Positions 33,250 through 44,193 are shown, counted from the first letter of the stretch. The stretch is 64,000 nt of DNA from an uncultured Patescibacteria group bacterium (GCA_937921305.1 CAKZSU010000005.1:74740-138739); one strand, 5' to 3'. Notes: generated by a model from the sequence alone, not told the origin. Program-made: numbers and translations.

Positions 33250-35862
33250 ATGCGTAGTTTTTACGATATATTTCAAGAAAAATGGAGTCGTCGGAGGACG
33301 CCGATTCAACAACGCATCACCATTCTTCGCATTTTGACATTTATCGCTATCGCGTCGTTATTCCTTATTCTCTCTTCTTTCTTTGTTCTTCTTGGAGTGT
33401 TTGCATGGTACGCGCGAGATCTTCCTCGTCCAGATAAAGTGAAACGGCTTGATGGCGTGTCAACGATTATTTATGACCGCAATGGGAAGACATTGTATGA
33501 TATTTACAAAGATGAACATCGCATTCCCGTGAATCTTGACGATGTTCCTTTGGCGCTAAAGCAAGCGACTATCGCAATCGAAGATAAAGATTTTTATACC
33601 CATCAAGGATTGTCGTTTCCGGGTATTGCTCGTGCCATGGTGGGCATGATTCTCTTTCGCAATTATTCCTGGGGTGGCGGTTCGACGCTCACGCAACAAT
33701 TGGTAAAAAATGTGTTGTTAAACAATCAGCAAGTGTTGTCTCGAAAGATCAGAGAAGCGATTCTTGCGATTCAAATTGAGCGAAAATATTCAAAAGATGA
33801 AATTTTAACGATGTATCTTAACGAGGCGCCATACGGCGGTCCGGCGGTTGGCGTCGAAGCCGCGGCACAGTATTTTTTTGGAAAAAGCGTGAAAGAACTT
33901 ACCTTTCTTGAATCAATCGTTCTTGCCGGTCTTCCGCAGGCTCCAAGCAGATATAATCCGTTTACTTCTCAAGAAAAGTTATGGATTGGGAGAGCAGAAC
34001 ATGTGCTTCGACGAATGCGTGAAGATGGACATATCACGCCGCAAGCGGAAAAAGAAGCAAGAGAACAACTTCCCTTGCTTTCTTTTCGCAAAGAAGACAC
34101 AAGTTTTAAGGCGCCTCATTTTGTGTTGTATGTAAGAGATCAGCTCATTCGACAGTTTGGCGCCGAGCGTGTTGAAACGGGAGGACTTCGCGTGACAACG
34201 ACTCTAGATCTTGATTTGCAGGAACAGGCGGAAACAATTGTAAAAGAAGAGGTGAATAAGCTTCAACGACTTCGTGTCTCAAACGGTGCCACGGTTGTTC
34301 TGAATCCAAAAACAGGCGAAATTTTGGCGATGGTCGGAAGCAAAGACTATCATGATGCCAGCGAATCGGGAGGATTTAAATTTAATGTGGTGACGCAGGG
34401 GCTTCGACAGCCGGGTTCGACGATCAAGCCAATTATTTACGCTGCAGCCTTGCGAAAGGGATATACGCCAGCGACGGTTTTGATGGATGTTGACACGAAG
34501 TACCCTTCAGGCGATCCGAATAAACCTGAATATAATCCAAAAAATTATGATGGTAAGTTCCGCGGTCCGATGCATCTTCGGAACGCGCTTGGGAATTCGA
34601 TTAACACGATTGCCGTGAAAGTGACCGCGTTGGTTGGAGTGCGACAATCTCTGCAGTTGGCGTTTGATATGGGACTCAAGACGCTTGAACCAACGCAACA
34701 AAATTTGTCTCGCTTTGGCTTATCAATCGCTCTTGGTGGCGGGGAAGTGTATTTGTTGGATCTTGCGAGCGCGTTTGGCGTGTTCGCGACAGGCGGTCAG
34801 CGCGTTGATCCTGTTGCTATTTTGAAAGTGGAAGATATTAATGGAAAAGTGCTCTACGAATACAAACCTCCGCACCCAAAGCGCGTTCTTTCTGAAGATA
34901 TTGCATATCTCATTTCCGATATACTTTCTGATAATTCGGCTCGGCGTGATGTGTTTGGCGAACGATCGCTTCTTGTGATTCCCAACTATACCGTTGCCGT
35001 AAAAACAGGGACAACAGACGATAAGCGAGATAATTGGGCTATTGGCTACACTCCGTCGGTTGTTGTTGGCGCGTGGGTTGGCAATAATGATAATTCACCG
35101 ATGCATCCATCACTTGCGTCGGGTATTACCGGTGCGTCTCCAATATGGAACAGATTGATGACCGCCGCGCTTAAAGGGAAAAAGGACGAGTCATTCTTAA
35201 AACCAGACACGATTATCGAAATGGAGATTGATAGTCTGACGGGTGGACTTCCTATCGAAGGGTATCCAACGAGAAAAGAAAAATTTATTAAAGGCACAGA
35301 GCCGAAGACGATTTTTCTTATCGCGCAACGGTTGAAAGTGTCCATACAAGATGAATCTAAGTTAGCTAACCCGGTTGATATCGCAAAAGGCGAATATAGA
35401 GAACGATTATTTTTTGTGTTCAAAGAAGACGATCCGGTTTCCACTGATGGAAGAAATCGGTGGCAAGAAGCGATTGACGCATGGGCAAACGCGCAAGTTG
35501 ACCCGAAATTTAAGCCGCCGAGGGAAACGCAAACTATCACAGATCCGATTGTGATTATTATTCGCGAGCCAAGCGATATGAGCAGAATCAACAGCAATAC
35601 CGTTCGAGTGAGAGCGGATGCGACGGCAGAGAAAGAGGTGAGAAAAATTGAAGTATTTTTGGATGATGTGTTAATTCGCGATGCGAACGGGAGGACATTT
35701 TCTGATGATATTGAAATATCAAACGGTTCTCACAGAATTCGTGTTCGAGCAACCGATGTGGATGGCCGAACAGCAGAACGAACAGTCAAAATAGGAATCA
35801 ATCAAGAGTATTCCGATAGTCCCTTGCCAACGCCGACAGTAACGCCGTCTCCTGCTCCATAA
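33250..35862 (+). CDS. Class A penicillin-binding protein with C-terminal Ig-like domain
   Basis: EDKDF, GGSTLTQQL (transglycosylase); STIK, SIN, KTGT (transpeptidase); C-terminal beta-sandwich and PT tail. Confidence 0.93.
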   Translation: MRSFYDIFQEKWSRRRTPIQQRITILRILTFIAIASLFLILSSFFVLLGVFAWYARDLPRPDKVKRLDGVSTIIYDRNGKTLYDIYKDEHRIPVNLDDVPLALKQATIAIEDKDFYTHQGLSFPGIARAMVGMILFRNYSWGGGSTLTQQLVKNVLLNNQQVLSRKIREAILAIQIERKYSKDEILTMYLNEAPYGGPAVGVEAAAQYFFGKSVKELTFLESIVLAGLPQAPSRYNPFTSQEKLWIGRAEHVLRRMREDGHITPQAEKEAREQLPLLSFRKEDTSFKAPHFVLYVRDQLIRQFGAERVETGGLRVTTTLDLDLQEQAETIVKEEVNKLQRLRVSNGATVVLNPKTGEILAMVGSKDYHDASESGGFKFNVVTQGLRQPGSTIKPIIYAAALRKGYTPATVLMDVDTKYPSGDPNKPEYNPKNYDGKFRGPMHLRNALGNSINTIAVKVTALVGVRQSLQLAFDMGLKTLEPTQQNLSRFGLSIALGGGEVYLLDLASAFGVFATGGQRVDPVAILKVEDINGKVLYEYKPPHPKRVLSEDIAYLISDILSDNSARRDVFGERSLLVIPNYTVAVKTGTTDDKRDNWAIGYTPSVVVGAWVGNNDNSPMHPSLASGITGASPIWNRLMTAALKGKKDESFLKPDTIIEMEIDSLTGGLPIEGYPTRKEKFIKGTEPKTIFLIAQRLKVSIQDESKLANPVDIAKGEYRERLFFVFKEDDPVSTDGRNRWQEAIDAWANAQVDPKFKPPRETQTITDPIVIIIREPSDMSRINSNTVRVRADATAEKEVRKIEVFLDDVLIRDANGRTFSDDIEISNGSHRIRVRATDVDGRTAERTVKIGINQEYSDSPLPTPTVTPSPAP

Positions 35863-35910
35863 AAGATTTTATATTGATAACACTCATAAAATGAATTGCA
35901 AGGAGAGAGG

Positions 35911-36186
35911 TTAATTTTGCGAGAGTTGTTGATCTTCAAGTATAGAGATCCGTTGTTCGTGATCTTCAAGTTGATCAGTGTGCTCTGATACGCGTCCAGA
36001 AAGAAGGGTTTGTTCTTCATCTACTTTTCTATATAAGCTAAAAAATGCATCTATTTTTTCAAAGATTTCATTTCTAAAAGCGCGTAACTTCTCTTCCAAC
36101 TTCTCTTCCAACTTTTGCTCTAACTTTTCTTCTAACTTTCTTTCGATAAGCTCTTCGATAATCGCGATATCTTTTTTAGTTAACAT
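35911..36186 (-). CDS. Small coiled-coil protein with KLEE repeats
   Basis: MLTKKD...(KLEE)n...HEQRISILE; 12-bp tandem repeat at about 36087-36146. Confidence 0.65.
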   Translation of the reverse strand: MLTKKDIAIIEELIERKLEEKLEQKLEEKLEEKLRAFRNEIFEKIDAFFSLYRKVDEEQTLLSGRVSEHTDQLEDHEQRISILEDQQLSQN

Positions 36187-36259
36187 AATTCTACCATAGA
36201 ACTGATATCCGTTGTCTGTCAATGACAGAAATATGAGAGGATTATTTTGGGTTGTGTTT

Positions 36260-36352
36260 TGTTGCGCTAAATATGTTTCAGCATCTAAGCGGTTGGGAAA
36301 AAATTATTTCTTTTAGAAAGTTCTCAGATCTTAAAATACATTCAGGATGACA
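36260..36352. repeat. Degenerate REP/MITE-like element
   Basis: GCTAAATATGTTTCAGCATCT ... AGATCTTAAAATACATTCAGGATGACA. Confidence 0.6.
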
Positions 36353-36387
36353 GATAGCAAAATGAGGAATTCCTTATCCTTCTTTAT

Positions 36388-38301
36388 TTAATCATTTGCA
36401 ACCGGTTCACGAACAGAATTGTTGAATTGGATATTGAAGCGGTTCACGATGCTGCGAATGAGATCTTCTCGGATTGGTCGCGTTTCTTCTGTCGAGATCG
36501 ATTTTGTTCGCTCTTGATACACAACGCGGAACGTCCGCTTGTTTTCATACGCGTCAAGAAGCGTCGCGTCCACGAGAAGCGGATGAAACGATCGAATCAT
36601 TTCGAGGATGTCTCCTGTTTTTGTGTCTGGATTCACAAGAAATGAGATATCTTCAATGATTGGCGGATGCGGAGGCGCGATGATATAAGGCTTTACTTCC
36701 GCTTTTTTTGCCACAAGAAGTTCATCAAGCGAATATTCGACAGCAAAGATTGTTGATTCGATTTGTTGAATGCGCGTGGTGTCCATTTGAATTCCAAGGT
36801 ATTCTGAAAACGCTTCAATGGTGCCCTTGAGATCAAAGTAAGAAATCGGCCGCGGCGTTTTTCCGTAGGATCGAGTGTCTATGACGCCAGTCATCACGAT
36901 GCCAAGCCGTCGTTCTTCTGTGTATGTGCCATTGTTGTTGAAAAATACGTTTCCAAGTTCAAAAATTGCAACCCGTTCCATTCGTTCATTGAGTAATCGT
37001 TTGGCGTAGTTGATGAGGTTTGGTATAAGCGAAGGGCGAAGCGTTGCCATTGCGGGGTCTGGCGGATTTTCGAGGTGAATCGTTGACGGATCATGTATCG
37101 TGGGAACGAATGATGAGGTAATTACCTCATTGAGGTGAAGCTTCACAAGAATGTCTCGAATGTCATCTTCTTGTTTTATGCGTGGTGATGTTTGTTCCGG
37201 CGGAATTTCTCCATTGAGTAGCATTGGGTGGATTGCTTCGTATCCATGAATGCGAAGTATCTCTTCAACGAGATCTGCCGATCCTTCGATATCTGTTCGA
37301 AAGGTCGGAACAGTGACAAGAAACCGATTAGATTCTGAGTGGACAGAACATCCGAGGCGTTCCAAGATTTCTCTTTGGGTAGATGGCGGAATAGCAAGTC
37401 CGCTGAGCCGTTCTGTTTCTGTTATTGGAAGGTCTATGCTTGGTGCAGTCTTTGGCGTTGGATAATAGTCTACGACATTCGATGTCGCTTCGGCGTTTGC
37501 GTGGCGTTTGAGGAGGAAGAGCGCTCGAGCCAGAGCAAATGATGTCTCATGTGGATCGAGATGTTTTTCAAGTCTTGTTCCCGCTTCTGTTCGAATACCA
37601 AGTCGCCTGCTTGTTCGTCGAACACTTGCATAGTTATAGACTGCGGCTTCAAGCAAAATTTCTTTTGTTATTTTTGTCGTTCCTGATGTTCTGCTTCCTA
37701 CAAGGGTGATTGCTTGAGGAGACTGTTCGTCAGCAAGCGTGAGATCTTCCGTGGAAAGTGTGATGGTTTCTCCCATGAATGTTGTCATTTGTTCTTTGTC
37801 TTTTGCTCTCCTGACAACAAGGTGGTTGCCTTGAAGCGCGTGCAGATCAAACGCATGAATCGGGATGCCGGTTTCAATCATGACATAATTTGTGATATCC
37901 ACCACATTATTAATCGATGTCATGCCATATAACGCGAGGCGTTTTGCAAGCCATTCTGGCGACGGTCCAACGCGGACAGTTGCAGTAAAGGCGGTAAACC
38001 GATGGACAAGATCCGGGGCTTCAACGGTAATAAGTGTTGATTTCGGATCTCCATTCGGTAACAACTCAACTTCTGGAAGACGAATCGGCGTGTTCCACGC
38101 CGTGCCTATGTCTCTTGCGATACCAATCAATCCAAAGAGATCTGCCCTGTTTCCTCGCAATTCTAAGTCAATGACGGTTTCTCCATTGGTATTAATCGTT
38201 TTATCGAGCATATGCCCGATCATTGTGAGTCGATGCGTGAACTCATGAAAATCCGATGGCAGACTGACATAGTCAGAGAGCCATGAGAGCGGCACATTCA
38301 T
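36388..38301 (-). CDS. pheT: Phenylalanine--tRNA ligase beta subunit (short form)
   Basis: NRADL, INNVVDITNYV, RTDI...DLVEEI, LRPSL; lacks the OB-fold B2 insert. Confidence 0.93.
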   Translation of the reverse strand: MNVPLSWLSDYVSLPSDFHEFTHRLTMIGHMLDKTINTNGETVIDLELRGNRADLFGLIGIARDIGTAWNTPIRLPEVELLPNGDPKSTLITVEAPDLVHRFTAFTATVRVGPSPEWLAKRLALYGMTSINNVVDITNYVMIETGIPIHAFDLHALQGNHLVVRRAKDKEQMTTFMGETITLSTEDLTLADEQSPQAITLVGSRTSGTTKITKEILLEAAVYNYASVRRTSRRLGIRTEAGTRLEKHLDPHETSFALARALFLLKRHANAEATSNVVDYYPTPKTAPSIDLPITETERLSGLAIPPSTQREILERLGCSVHSESNRFLVTVPTFRTDIEGSADLVEEILRIHGYEAIHPMLLNGEIPPEQTSPRIKQEDDIRDILVKLHLNEVITSSFVPTIHDPSTIHLENPPDPAMATLRPSLIPNLINYAKRLLNERMERVAIFELGNVFFNNNGTYTEERRLGIVMTGVIDTRSYGKTPRPISYFDLKGTIEAFSEYLGIQMDTTRIQQIESTIFAVEYSLDELLVAKKAEVKPYIIAPPHPPIIEDISFLVNPDTKTGDILEMIRSFHPLLVDATLLDAYENKRTFRVVYQERTKSISTEETRPIREDLIRSIVNRFNIQFNNSVREPVAND

Positions 38302-38304
38302 AGA

Positions 38305-39321
38305 TTACTCCTTGTACATAATATCGCCGTTGTAAAGGGATCGGATATCGTTGATTCCGTATCGTTGCATAACAATTCGATCTAATCCCATTCCCCACGC
38401 GAATCCGCTGATAACGCTTGGGTCGTGTCCCACGCGTCGTAACATGTTTGGATGAATCATGCCAGCGCCGAGCATCTCGATCCATCCTCTTCCCTTGCAT
38501 ACCGCGCATCCTTTTTTCTTGCAAAACGCGCAAGAAATGTCGACGCCGACGCCGGGTTCAACTTCCGGGTAGTATTTACAACGAAATCGCGTTTCTCGAT
38601 CGTTGCCAAAGAATTTTTTTATAAATGTGTCCAGTGTTCCTTTTAAGTGCGCCATGGTGATGTCTGTTCCTACGGCAAGTCCTTGATATTGATAAAACAT
38701 AATATTATTTGAGGCGTTGACATTTTCGTATCGATAGACTTTGCCGGGAATGACAAATCGATAGGGAGGCGTAAAGTCTTGAAGGATATGCGCCTCCACT
38801 GACGAGGTATGAGTTCTCAGGATATACGGAGAATCTTTGAGATGCAGCGTGTCTTGCAAATCTCTTGCCGGATGATCAAGAGGAAGATTGACGCGGTCGT
38901 AATTGTACTCGTCTGTTTCGATTTCTGGTCCGTCGTATACAGAGAAGCCCATGTATTTGAAAATCTCATTCATTTCATGAATGACGATTGTTGTTGGATG
39001 ATAATGACCGATGGTAGGACGGTGTCCTGGCATTGTCATGTCAATATTAGACAGGTTGTCTTCTTTTTCCTCTTGCTTTTCATCGATTGCATATTCGATT
39101 GCGCGTTTTGTCTTGTTGAGTAGTTGTCCAGCTGTTGCTCGGTCTTCTTTTGGAAGCGTTGCAATAAATTTCGATAGTTTCGCAAATTTGCTTTTTGGTC
39201 CAAGCAGTGTATGTCGGAGTAGTCCTTTTTCTTGTTCTGATTGGTGGATGTATGTAATTGCGTCTTGTTCGAGTGTTTGCAATGACTGAATAAGACGTTC
39301 CAGTGAAAGCGTTTGGTTCAT
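38305..39321 (-). CDS. pheS: Phenylalanine--tRNA ligase alpha subunit
   Basis: HPARDLQDT, LRTHTS, GKVYR, GWIEMLGAG, GFAWGMGLDR. Confidence 0.96.
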   Translation of the reverse strand: MNQTLSLERLIQSLQTLEQDAITYIHQSEQEKGLLRHTLLGPKSKFAKLSKFIATLPKEDRATAGQLLNKTKRAIEYAIDEKQEEKEDNLSNIDMTMPGHRPTIGHYHPTTIVIHEMNEIFKYMGFSVYDGPEIETDEYNYDRVNLPLDHPARDLQDTLHLKDSPYILRTHTSSVEAHILQDFTPPYRFVIPGKVYRYENVNASNNIMFYQYQGLAVGTDITMAHLKGTLDTFIKKFFGNDRETRFRCKYYPEVEPGVGVDISCAFCKKKGCAVCKGRGWIEMLGAGMIHPNMLRRVGHDPSVISGFAWGMGLDRIVMQRYGINDIRSLYNGDIMYKE

Positions 39322-39399
39322 AAGACACTATTATACTATATTATTATATGGCATCCACTGAGATGGAGATGATGAAAAAATATGAATAGAGCGATACTT

Positions 39400-39741
39400 T
39401 TATCGAAGTTTTTCTACGATGGCTTGAAAGGTTTTTGGAGATTCAACGATGAGATGCGCAAGCATTTTTCGATCGAGTTGAATGTTCGCGTCTTTCAGTT
39501 TCTTGATGAATACGCTGTATCTCATTCCCTGCTGTTTCACCGCTTCGGAGATTCGTACGATCCACAGTTGTCGGAAATTTCGTTTTCGTTGTTTTCGTCC
39601 TGCAAATGCGTATTCACTAGCGTGAAGATGCGCTTCTGTTGCGACTTTGATCAGTCGCCGTTTAGTCATGCGATATCCTTTGTTCGCTTTTAAGATTTTT
39701 TTATGTTTTGCGTGTGAAGTGACGCCTCGTTTTACTCTCAT
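39400..39741 (-). CDS. rplT: 50S ribosomal protein L20
   Basis: MRVKRG...RKRNFRQLWIVRI...LDRKMLA. Confidence 0.97.
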   Translation of the reverse strand: MRVKRGVTSHAKHKKILKANKGYRMTKRRLIKVATEAHLHASEYAFAGRKQRKRNFRQLWIVRISEAVKQQGMRYSVFIKKLKDANIQLDRKMLAHLIVESPKTFQAIVEKLR

Positions 39742-39935
39742 ATACAAATCTCCTGTTTAATCATGGTTGCAAATTTTGTGTTCGTCAGGACTTTTGGAGC
39801 GTCTTGTCTTCTCTGTCTTGCTTTGCTTTTCTTTCGTCGAAGATGCCTCGCTCCTTTTGTTCGATGAATCACTTTTCCTGTTTTTGTAACCTTAAATCGT
39901 TTCGCCGCGATTTTTCGTGTTTTTAGTTTTGGCAT
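39738..39935 (-). CDS. rpmI: 50S ribosomal protein L35
   Basis: MPKLKTRKIAAKRFKVTKTGK. Confidence 0.96.
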   Translation of the reverse strand: MPKLKTRKIAAKRFKVTKTGKVIHRTKGARHLRRKKSKARQRRQDAPKVLTNTKFATMIKQEICI

Positions 39936-39939
39936 ATTA

Positions 39940-40482
39940 TTAATTTTTTTTATCTCTCGCCATAATGGCGGTGATCATTCTCCCCTCCATACGTGGCTCT
40001 CGAACAATTTTAACATGCTCAAGCTGTCGTATAAACTGATTGATAACGCTAAATCCAAATTCTTTTTTTGTCACTTCTCGTCCTTTAAAGAGTAATGTAA
40101 TCTTTACTTGATTGCCTTGTTCTAAAAATTCTTTCGCTTGTTTTAGTCTGGTCTGAAGATCGTTTTGCGCGATAAATGGTCGCAATCTGATCTCTTTAAC
40201 GCCGACATTTTTTTGCGTTTTTTTCGCTTCTCGTTCTTTTTTCGCCTCTTGATACTTAAATTTTTTATAATCGATGAGTTTTGCCACCGGAGGATTGGCG
40301 TTCGGCGCTATTTCTACCACATCAACATTTCGTTCTTTCGCCTTTTGTAGGGCTTCTAGTTTACTGACTACTCCGATTTGCTTTCCGTCTTCGTCAATAA
40401 TACGGAGCGTCGGACTCGTGATTTGATAGTTGACGCGATAAAAAAATTTTTGCTGAACTGGTTTTTTATGTTGTATTCTCAA
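39940..40482 (-). CDS. infC: Translation initiation factor IF-3 (non-AUG start)
   Basis: PPVAKLIDY, KEIRLRP, FKGRE; in-frame TTG overlaps the thrS stop. Confidence 0.95.
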   Translation of the reverse strand: MRIQHKKPVQQKFFYRVNYQITSPTLRIIDEDGKQIGVVSKLEALQKAKERNVDVVEIAPNANPPVAKLIDYKKFKYQEAKKEREAKKTQKNVGVKEIRLRPFIAQNDLQTRLKQAKEFLEQGNQVKITLLFKGREVTKKEFGFSVINQFIRQLEHVKIVREPRMEGRMITAIMARDKKN

Positions 40483-42239
40483 TCTTCCGATGCTAGTCGC
40501 TTCATGAATGCCTCAAGCGTCATCGCCTTGAGGTCTCCATGATCTCGACTTCTCACAGAAATTGTATGTGAGGCGACTTCACGATCTCCTATTATACCTA
40601 AATAAGGAACTTTTTGTAAAGTGTGCGTTCGTATTTTTGCTTGCATCGGGTAGTCTTTGTCATCGACAAGAACACGATGCCCTTTCTCTTGAAGCGTTTT
40701 GGCGTAAGTTCGCGCATGATTTACGTGCTTTTCAGAAATTGGGATAAGAACAACTTGAATTGGCGCCAGCCATGTGGGAAACGCTCCGCCATAATGTTCG
40801 ATAAGAAACGCGATGATTCGTTCTATCGCGCCGATAGACGAACGGTGGATGACAACTGTTTCCTCCTCTTTTCCTTGTTCATTAATGTAAGTGAGATGAA
40901 ACCGTTTTGGCATGACAAAGTCGTACTGTACAGTGAACGCGGTATCTTCTTTTTCGTTCGCATTTTGCATTTGGATGTCGATTTTTGGTCCATAAAACGC
41001 CGCTTCTCGTTTTGCTTCAAAATATTCGGCGGATCGCTCTTGAAGGACTTCTCGAAGAATATTCTCCGCGAAGTCCCATGACGCGTCATCTTTGTAGTAT
41101 TTTTTTTCATCTGCTCGATTGCCGAGGGATAAACGGTATCGATAGTGTTTCCCTTGTTCAAGCCCAAGTTTTTTGCAGACGAAGTCAATCAAGTCAAGTA
41201 CAGCATGCGCTTCGCTTTTCGCTTGCGATGGTCTGCAAATGATATGCGCGTCGGCAAGACAAAAGGTTCGCACGCGAAGAAGCCCCATAAGTTCTCCCGA
41301 TTGTTCGTATCGATAGAGTTGGGCGAGTTCCGCGAATCGAATAGGAAGGTCTCGATAACTATGTTGTTCGCTTAGATATAATTCAAAATGATGCGGGCAA
41401 GTCATGGGGCGAAGCATGTATTCTTCGTCGTCAATGACAATTGGGGCGTACATTGAATCTTTGTAGTACGGATAATGTCCAGATTTTTTATAGAGCGCGA
41501 GGTTTGCGATATCTGGCGTATAGACATGCAAGTACCCTCGTTTTAGTTCCTCGTCCACGATAAATCGTTCAAGAATTCTCCGAATGGTCGCTCCTTTTGG
41601 GGTGAACATTGGCAATCCTTTGCCGACCGTTTCTGAAAAAGTGAACAGTCCGAGTTCTTTTCCAAGTTTTTTGTGATCTCGTTTTTTCGCTTCTTCAAGC
41701 TGACAAAGATACGCATCTAGTTCTTCTTTTGTTGGAAAACATGTGCCGTAGATCCGGGTTAACATGGGATTTTTTTCATTCCCTCGCCAATACGCTCCGG
41801 CAATAGAGAGGAGCTTAAAATGCTTCAATTCTTCGTTTGGTCTTTTGCAATGACCTCCTTTGCACAGATCCCAATAGTCTCCGGATTTATAAAAAGTTAC
41901 GAGCTTTTTCCCTTGCTCTGAAAATTCATCAATCAGTTCATGTTTATACGGATTATTGGGAAACTCTTGCTTCGCTTGTTCAGCGGCGAGTTCGTGTCGT
42001 TCAAACGATGTCCATGTTGAGACAATTTCTCGCATGGTTTCTTCAATTTTTAGGAAATCCCGCTCCGAGATTGGGTGCTCAAATTCAAAATCAAAATAAA
42101 ATCCATTGTCTATCGCCGGTCCGATGGCGCGTTTCGTATTTGGCCAGAGTTTCATCACCGCAGACGCGAGCAAATGCGCGCAAGAGTGGCGAAGATTTGC
42201 AAGATACTCGTCTTGCGGTGGTTGCTGTTGTTTCGTCAT
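40479..42239 (-). CDS. thrS: Threonine--tRNA ligase (no TGS domain)
   Basis: RHSCAH, DLCKGGH, AGAYWRG, RPMTCPHH, FYGPKID, VIHR. Confidence 0.97.
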   Translation of the reverse strand: MTKQQQPPQDEYLANLRHSCAHLLASAVMKLWPNTKRAIGPAIDNGFYFDFEFEHPISERDFLKIEETMREIVSTWTSFERHELAAEQAKQEFPNNPYKHELIDEFSEQGKKLVTFYKSGDYWDLCKGGHCKRPNEELKHFKLLSIAGAYWRGNEKNPMLTRIYGTCFPTKEELDAYLCQLEEAKKRDHKKLGKELGLFTFSETVGKGLPMFTPKGATIRRILERFIVDEELKRGYLHVYTPDIANLALYKKSGHYPYYKDSMYAPIVIDDEEYMLRPMTCPHHFELYLSEQHSYRDLPIRFAELAQLYRYEQSGELMGLLRVRTFCLADAHIICRPSQAKSEAHAVLDLIDFVCKKLGLEQGKHYRYRLSLGNRADEKKYYKDDASWDFAENILREVLQERSAEYFEAKREAAFYGPKIDIQMQNANEKEDTAFTVQYDFVMPKRFHLTYINEQGKEEETVVIHRSSIGAIERIIAFLIEHYGGAFPTWLAPIQVVLIPISEKHVNHARTYAKTLQEKGHRVLVDDKDYPMQAKIRTHTLQKVPYLGIIGDREVASHTISVRSRDHGDLKAMTLEAFMKRLASED

Positions 42240-42277
42240 ATAATGCTCCTTATTATATCCATGATTGTATGATCAGA

Positions 42278-42532
42278 CTAGCTGGATGTTCTATCTTTCG
42301 CGTAAAACTTAAGATGATCTTTATCCTTGACCTTTTGTAATTCTGGTATTGCCATGGACGCGACATCGAGCCATGATTTCTCCGGATACAATTCCTTGTA
42401 ATAATCGATTACGCTCATTGCCTCGTTTCCTTTTTGAGGATCGGCAAAAAACATAACCGTGTTTGTGGTCGGATCATATACAACATCATCTGACCAATGC
42501 ACAATGTGGCTCATAAGATGTTCCTTTCTCAT
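42278..42532 (-). CDS. Hypothetical protein
   Basis: 84 aa ORF with purine-rich RBS-like sequence upstream; no family recognised. Confidence 0.45.
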   Translation of the reverse strand: MRKEHLMSHIVHWSDDVVYDPTTNTVMFFADPQKGNEAMSVIDYYKELYPEKSWLDVASMAIPELQKVKDKDHLKFYAKDRTSS

Positions 42533-42714
42533 CTCTCCGCTTCTTTGTTGGAGAGATGTGTCGTGGGTCTTTTTAGAAGGGAAAACCTACCACACCGCTC
42601 CCCAACGAGGAGTGGGAGCAAATCTGTTTTGTGGTAGCAAGAAGACGATGCGAATTTCGCATATAGTTTTACTATAGAGTATACAAAAGAAAAAGTAAAG
42701 AGTATCGTAGAAGT

Positions 42715-44193
42715 ATGAGAACGGTTCGCGTTGTATTCTGGGTAATCATGGGGTGTTCCCTTGTCGCGCTTCTTTTGACGGTTATTCGCAGCGGATATTG
42801 GTATCAACTTGATAATGACGAGTACTACCATAGTCAGCTTGTGTATCTTATGAATCATGGACAACAGATCTATTCGTCGTTTTATACCTTTTATTCTCCT
42901 CTCTTTTATTGGCTTCTCCAGCCAGTATTTCATATTGTTGGGTACACAATAGAGATATTGTATGTAAGTCGAATTGTAATGATTGTGCTGTTTCTTCTTC
43001 GATTATTTATTCTATTTCTATTGATTGGGTCTGTGTTTTCTTGGAAATCCGCGTTATTTGCGTCGTTTTTCCTTCTTCTTGATCCATTTACCGTTATGAC
43101 GGGTATGCAGATTCGTCCTGATTCATTGATGCTTTTATTATTCACTGTTGCGTTGTTTCTGTATGCGCGTGCGAGAAAGCGAGAGCAAGCGTGGTTTTAT
43201 TTTGCTTCGGGCGTGTTTCTTGCGTTATCGTTGTTTTCCTTGATAAAAATCATTCCAAGCGTTGTTGTGTTTCTTCTTGTTGTTTTCATTTCTGCGGTAA
43301 TGAGAAAGAGACTTACGCGGGAAGGGATGTTGTTTTTAGGATTTGCTCTTACGCTTTCGCTTCTATGTGCGATCACGATGGCGCTTGGGATATTTCCTCA
43401 GATGATTCAACAGACGATTATCGATCCGTTGACGGTGTTTACCCTATTTCTTTACCCTGTTCCGTATGGGTTTTTTCTTCGAGAAGGAAACATGTGGATC
43501 TATGGTCCGGAGAGTCGATCATTGTCATGGGTGTTTGCGCAGTTGTTTCTGCCGTTGGCTGGTATTGGGATGTACGGGGCGTTTGAACTGGTGAAAAAGC
43601 GTGAGACATCCGTTTTTGCTCGAGACATCCTTCTTATTCTGCTTGGATCAATGATTGGGCAGTGGCTTTGGTTGATTACTGTCCCATCGATTTTTCTTCA
43701 GTATTATCTTCCAATTCATTGGATTGTCGCGTCGCTGGGAGGTATCGCTGTGGCTTCTCTTTTTGAGGGAAGATCTTCTCAACGATCGTCAATCATATGG
43801 CATAGTGTTGCGTGTGGGATTGTTCTTTTATTTGTGTATGGGGGTATACAGACAAATGTGTTTCGAAGCGGTATTCGATCTACAGACGCGTTTCATCGGA
43901 TTCGTTCTATGTGGATCACCGTGCCAAAAAATGAAGCTGTGTTTCCAAGTATATTATTTCGTCCGATTGTATATCCTCCAACGCCGTATTACACAATCTA
44001 TCCAGGAGAGCTTTCTTCTGAAGTGTTGGGTAGATACCCGTCTGTTCGCCAAGTGTTGGAAGAGAAAAATGTTCGATATGTCTATAATCACACAACTGTT
44101 CTTTCAAGTTTGTCGCAAGAAGATCAAGCATATATTCGGTTATGGTATGTTCCAAGTAAGATTGATGACGAGATATTTATCAGAAAGCGTTAA
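42715..44193 (+). CDS. GT-C (ArnT/PMT-like) membrane glycosyltransferase
   Basis: First-loop DNDE motif, RPD motif, many TM helices, QYYLP. Confidence 0.7.
   Translation: MRTVRVVFWVIMGCSLVALLLTVIRSGYWYQLDNDEYYHSQLVYLMNHGQQIYSSFYTFYSPLFYWLLQPVFHIVGYTIEILYVSRIVMIVLFLLRLFILFLLIGSVFSWKSALFASFFLLLDPFTVMTGMQIRPDSLMLLLFTVALFLYARARKREQAWFYFASGVFLALSLFSLIKIIPSVVVFLLVVFISAVMRKRLTREGMLFLGFALTLSLLCAITMALGIFPQMIQQTIIDPLTVFTLFLYPVPYGFFLREGNMWIYGPESRSLSWVFAQLFLPLAGIGMYGAFELVKKRETSVFARDILLILLGSMIGQWLWLITVPSIFLQYYLPIHWIVASLGGIAVASLFEGRSSQRSSIIWHSVACGIVLLFVYGGIQTNVFRSGIRSTDAFHRIRSMWITVPKNEAVFPSILFRPIVYPPTPYYTIYPGELSSEVLGRYPSVRQVLEEKNVRYVYNHTTVLSSLSQEDQAYIRLWYVPSKIDDEIFIRKR

Noticed and set aside
42529-42933. 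134-aa minus-strand ORF
   Set aside because: Overlaps the glycosyltransferase start in antisense and has no recognisable features.
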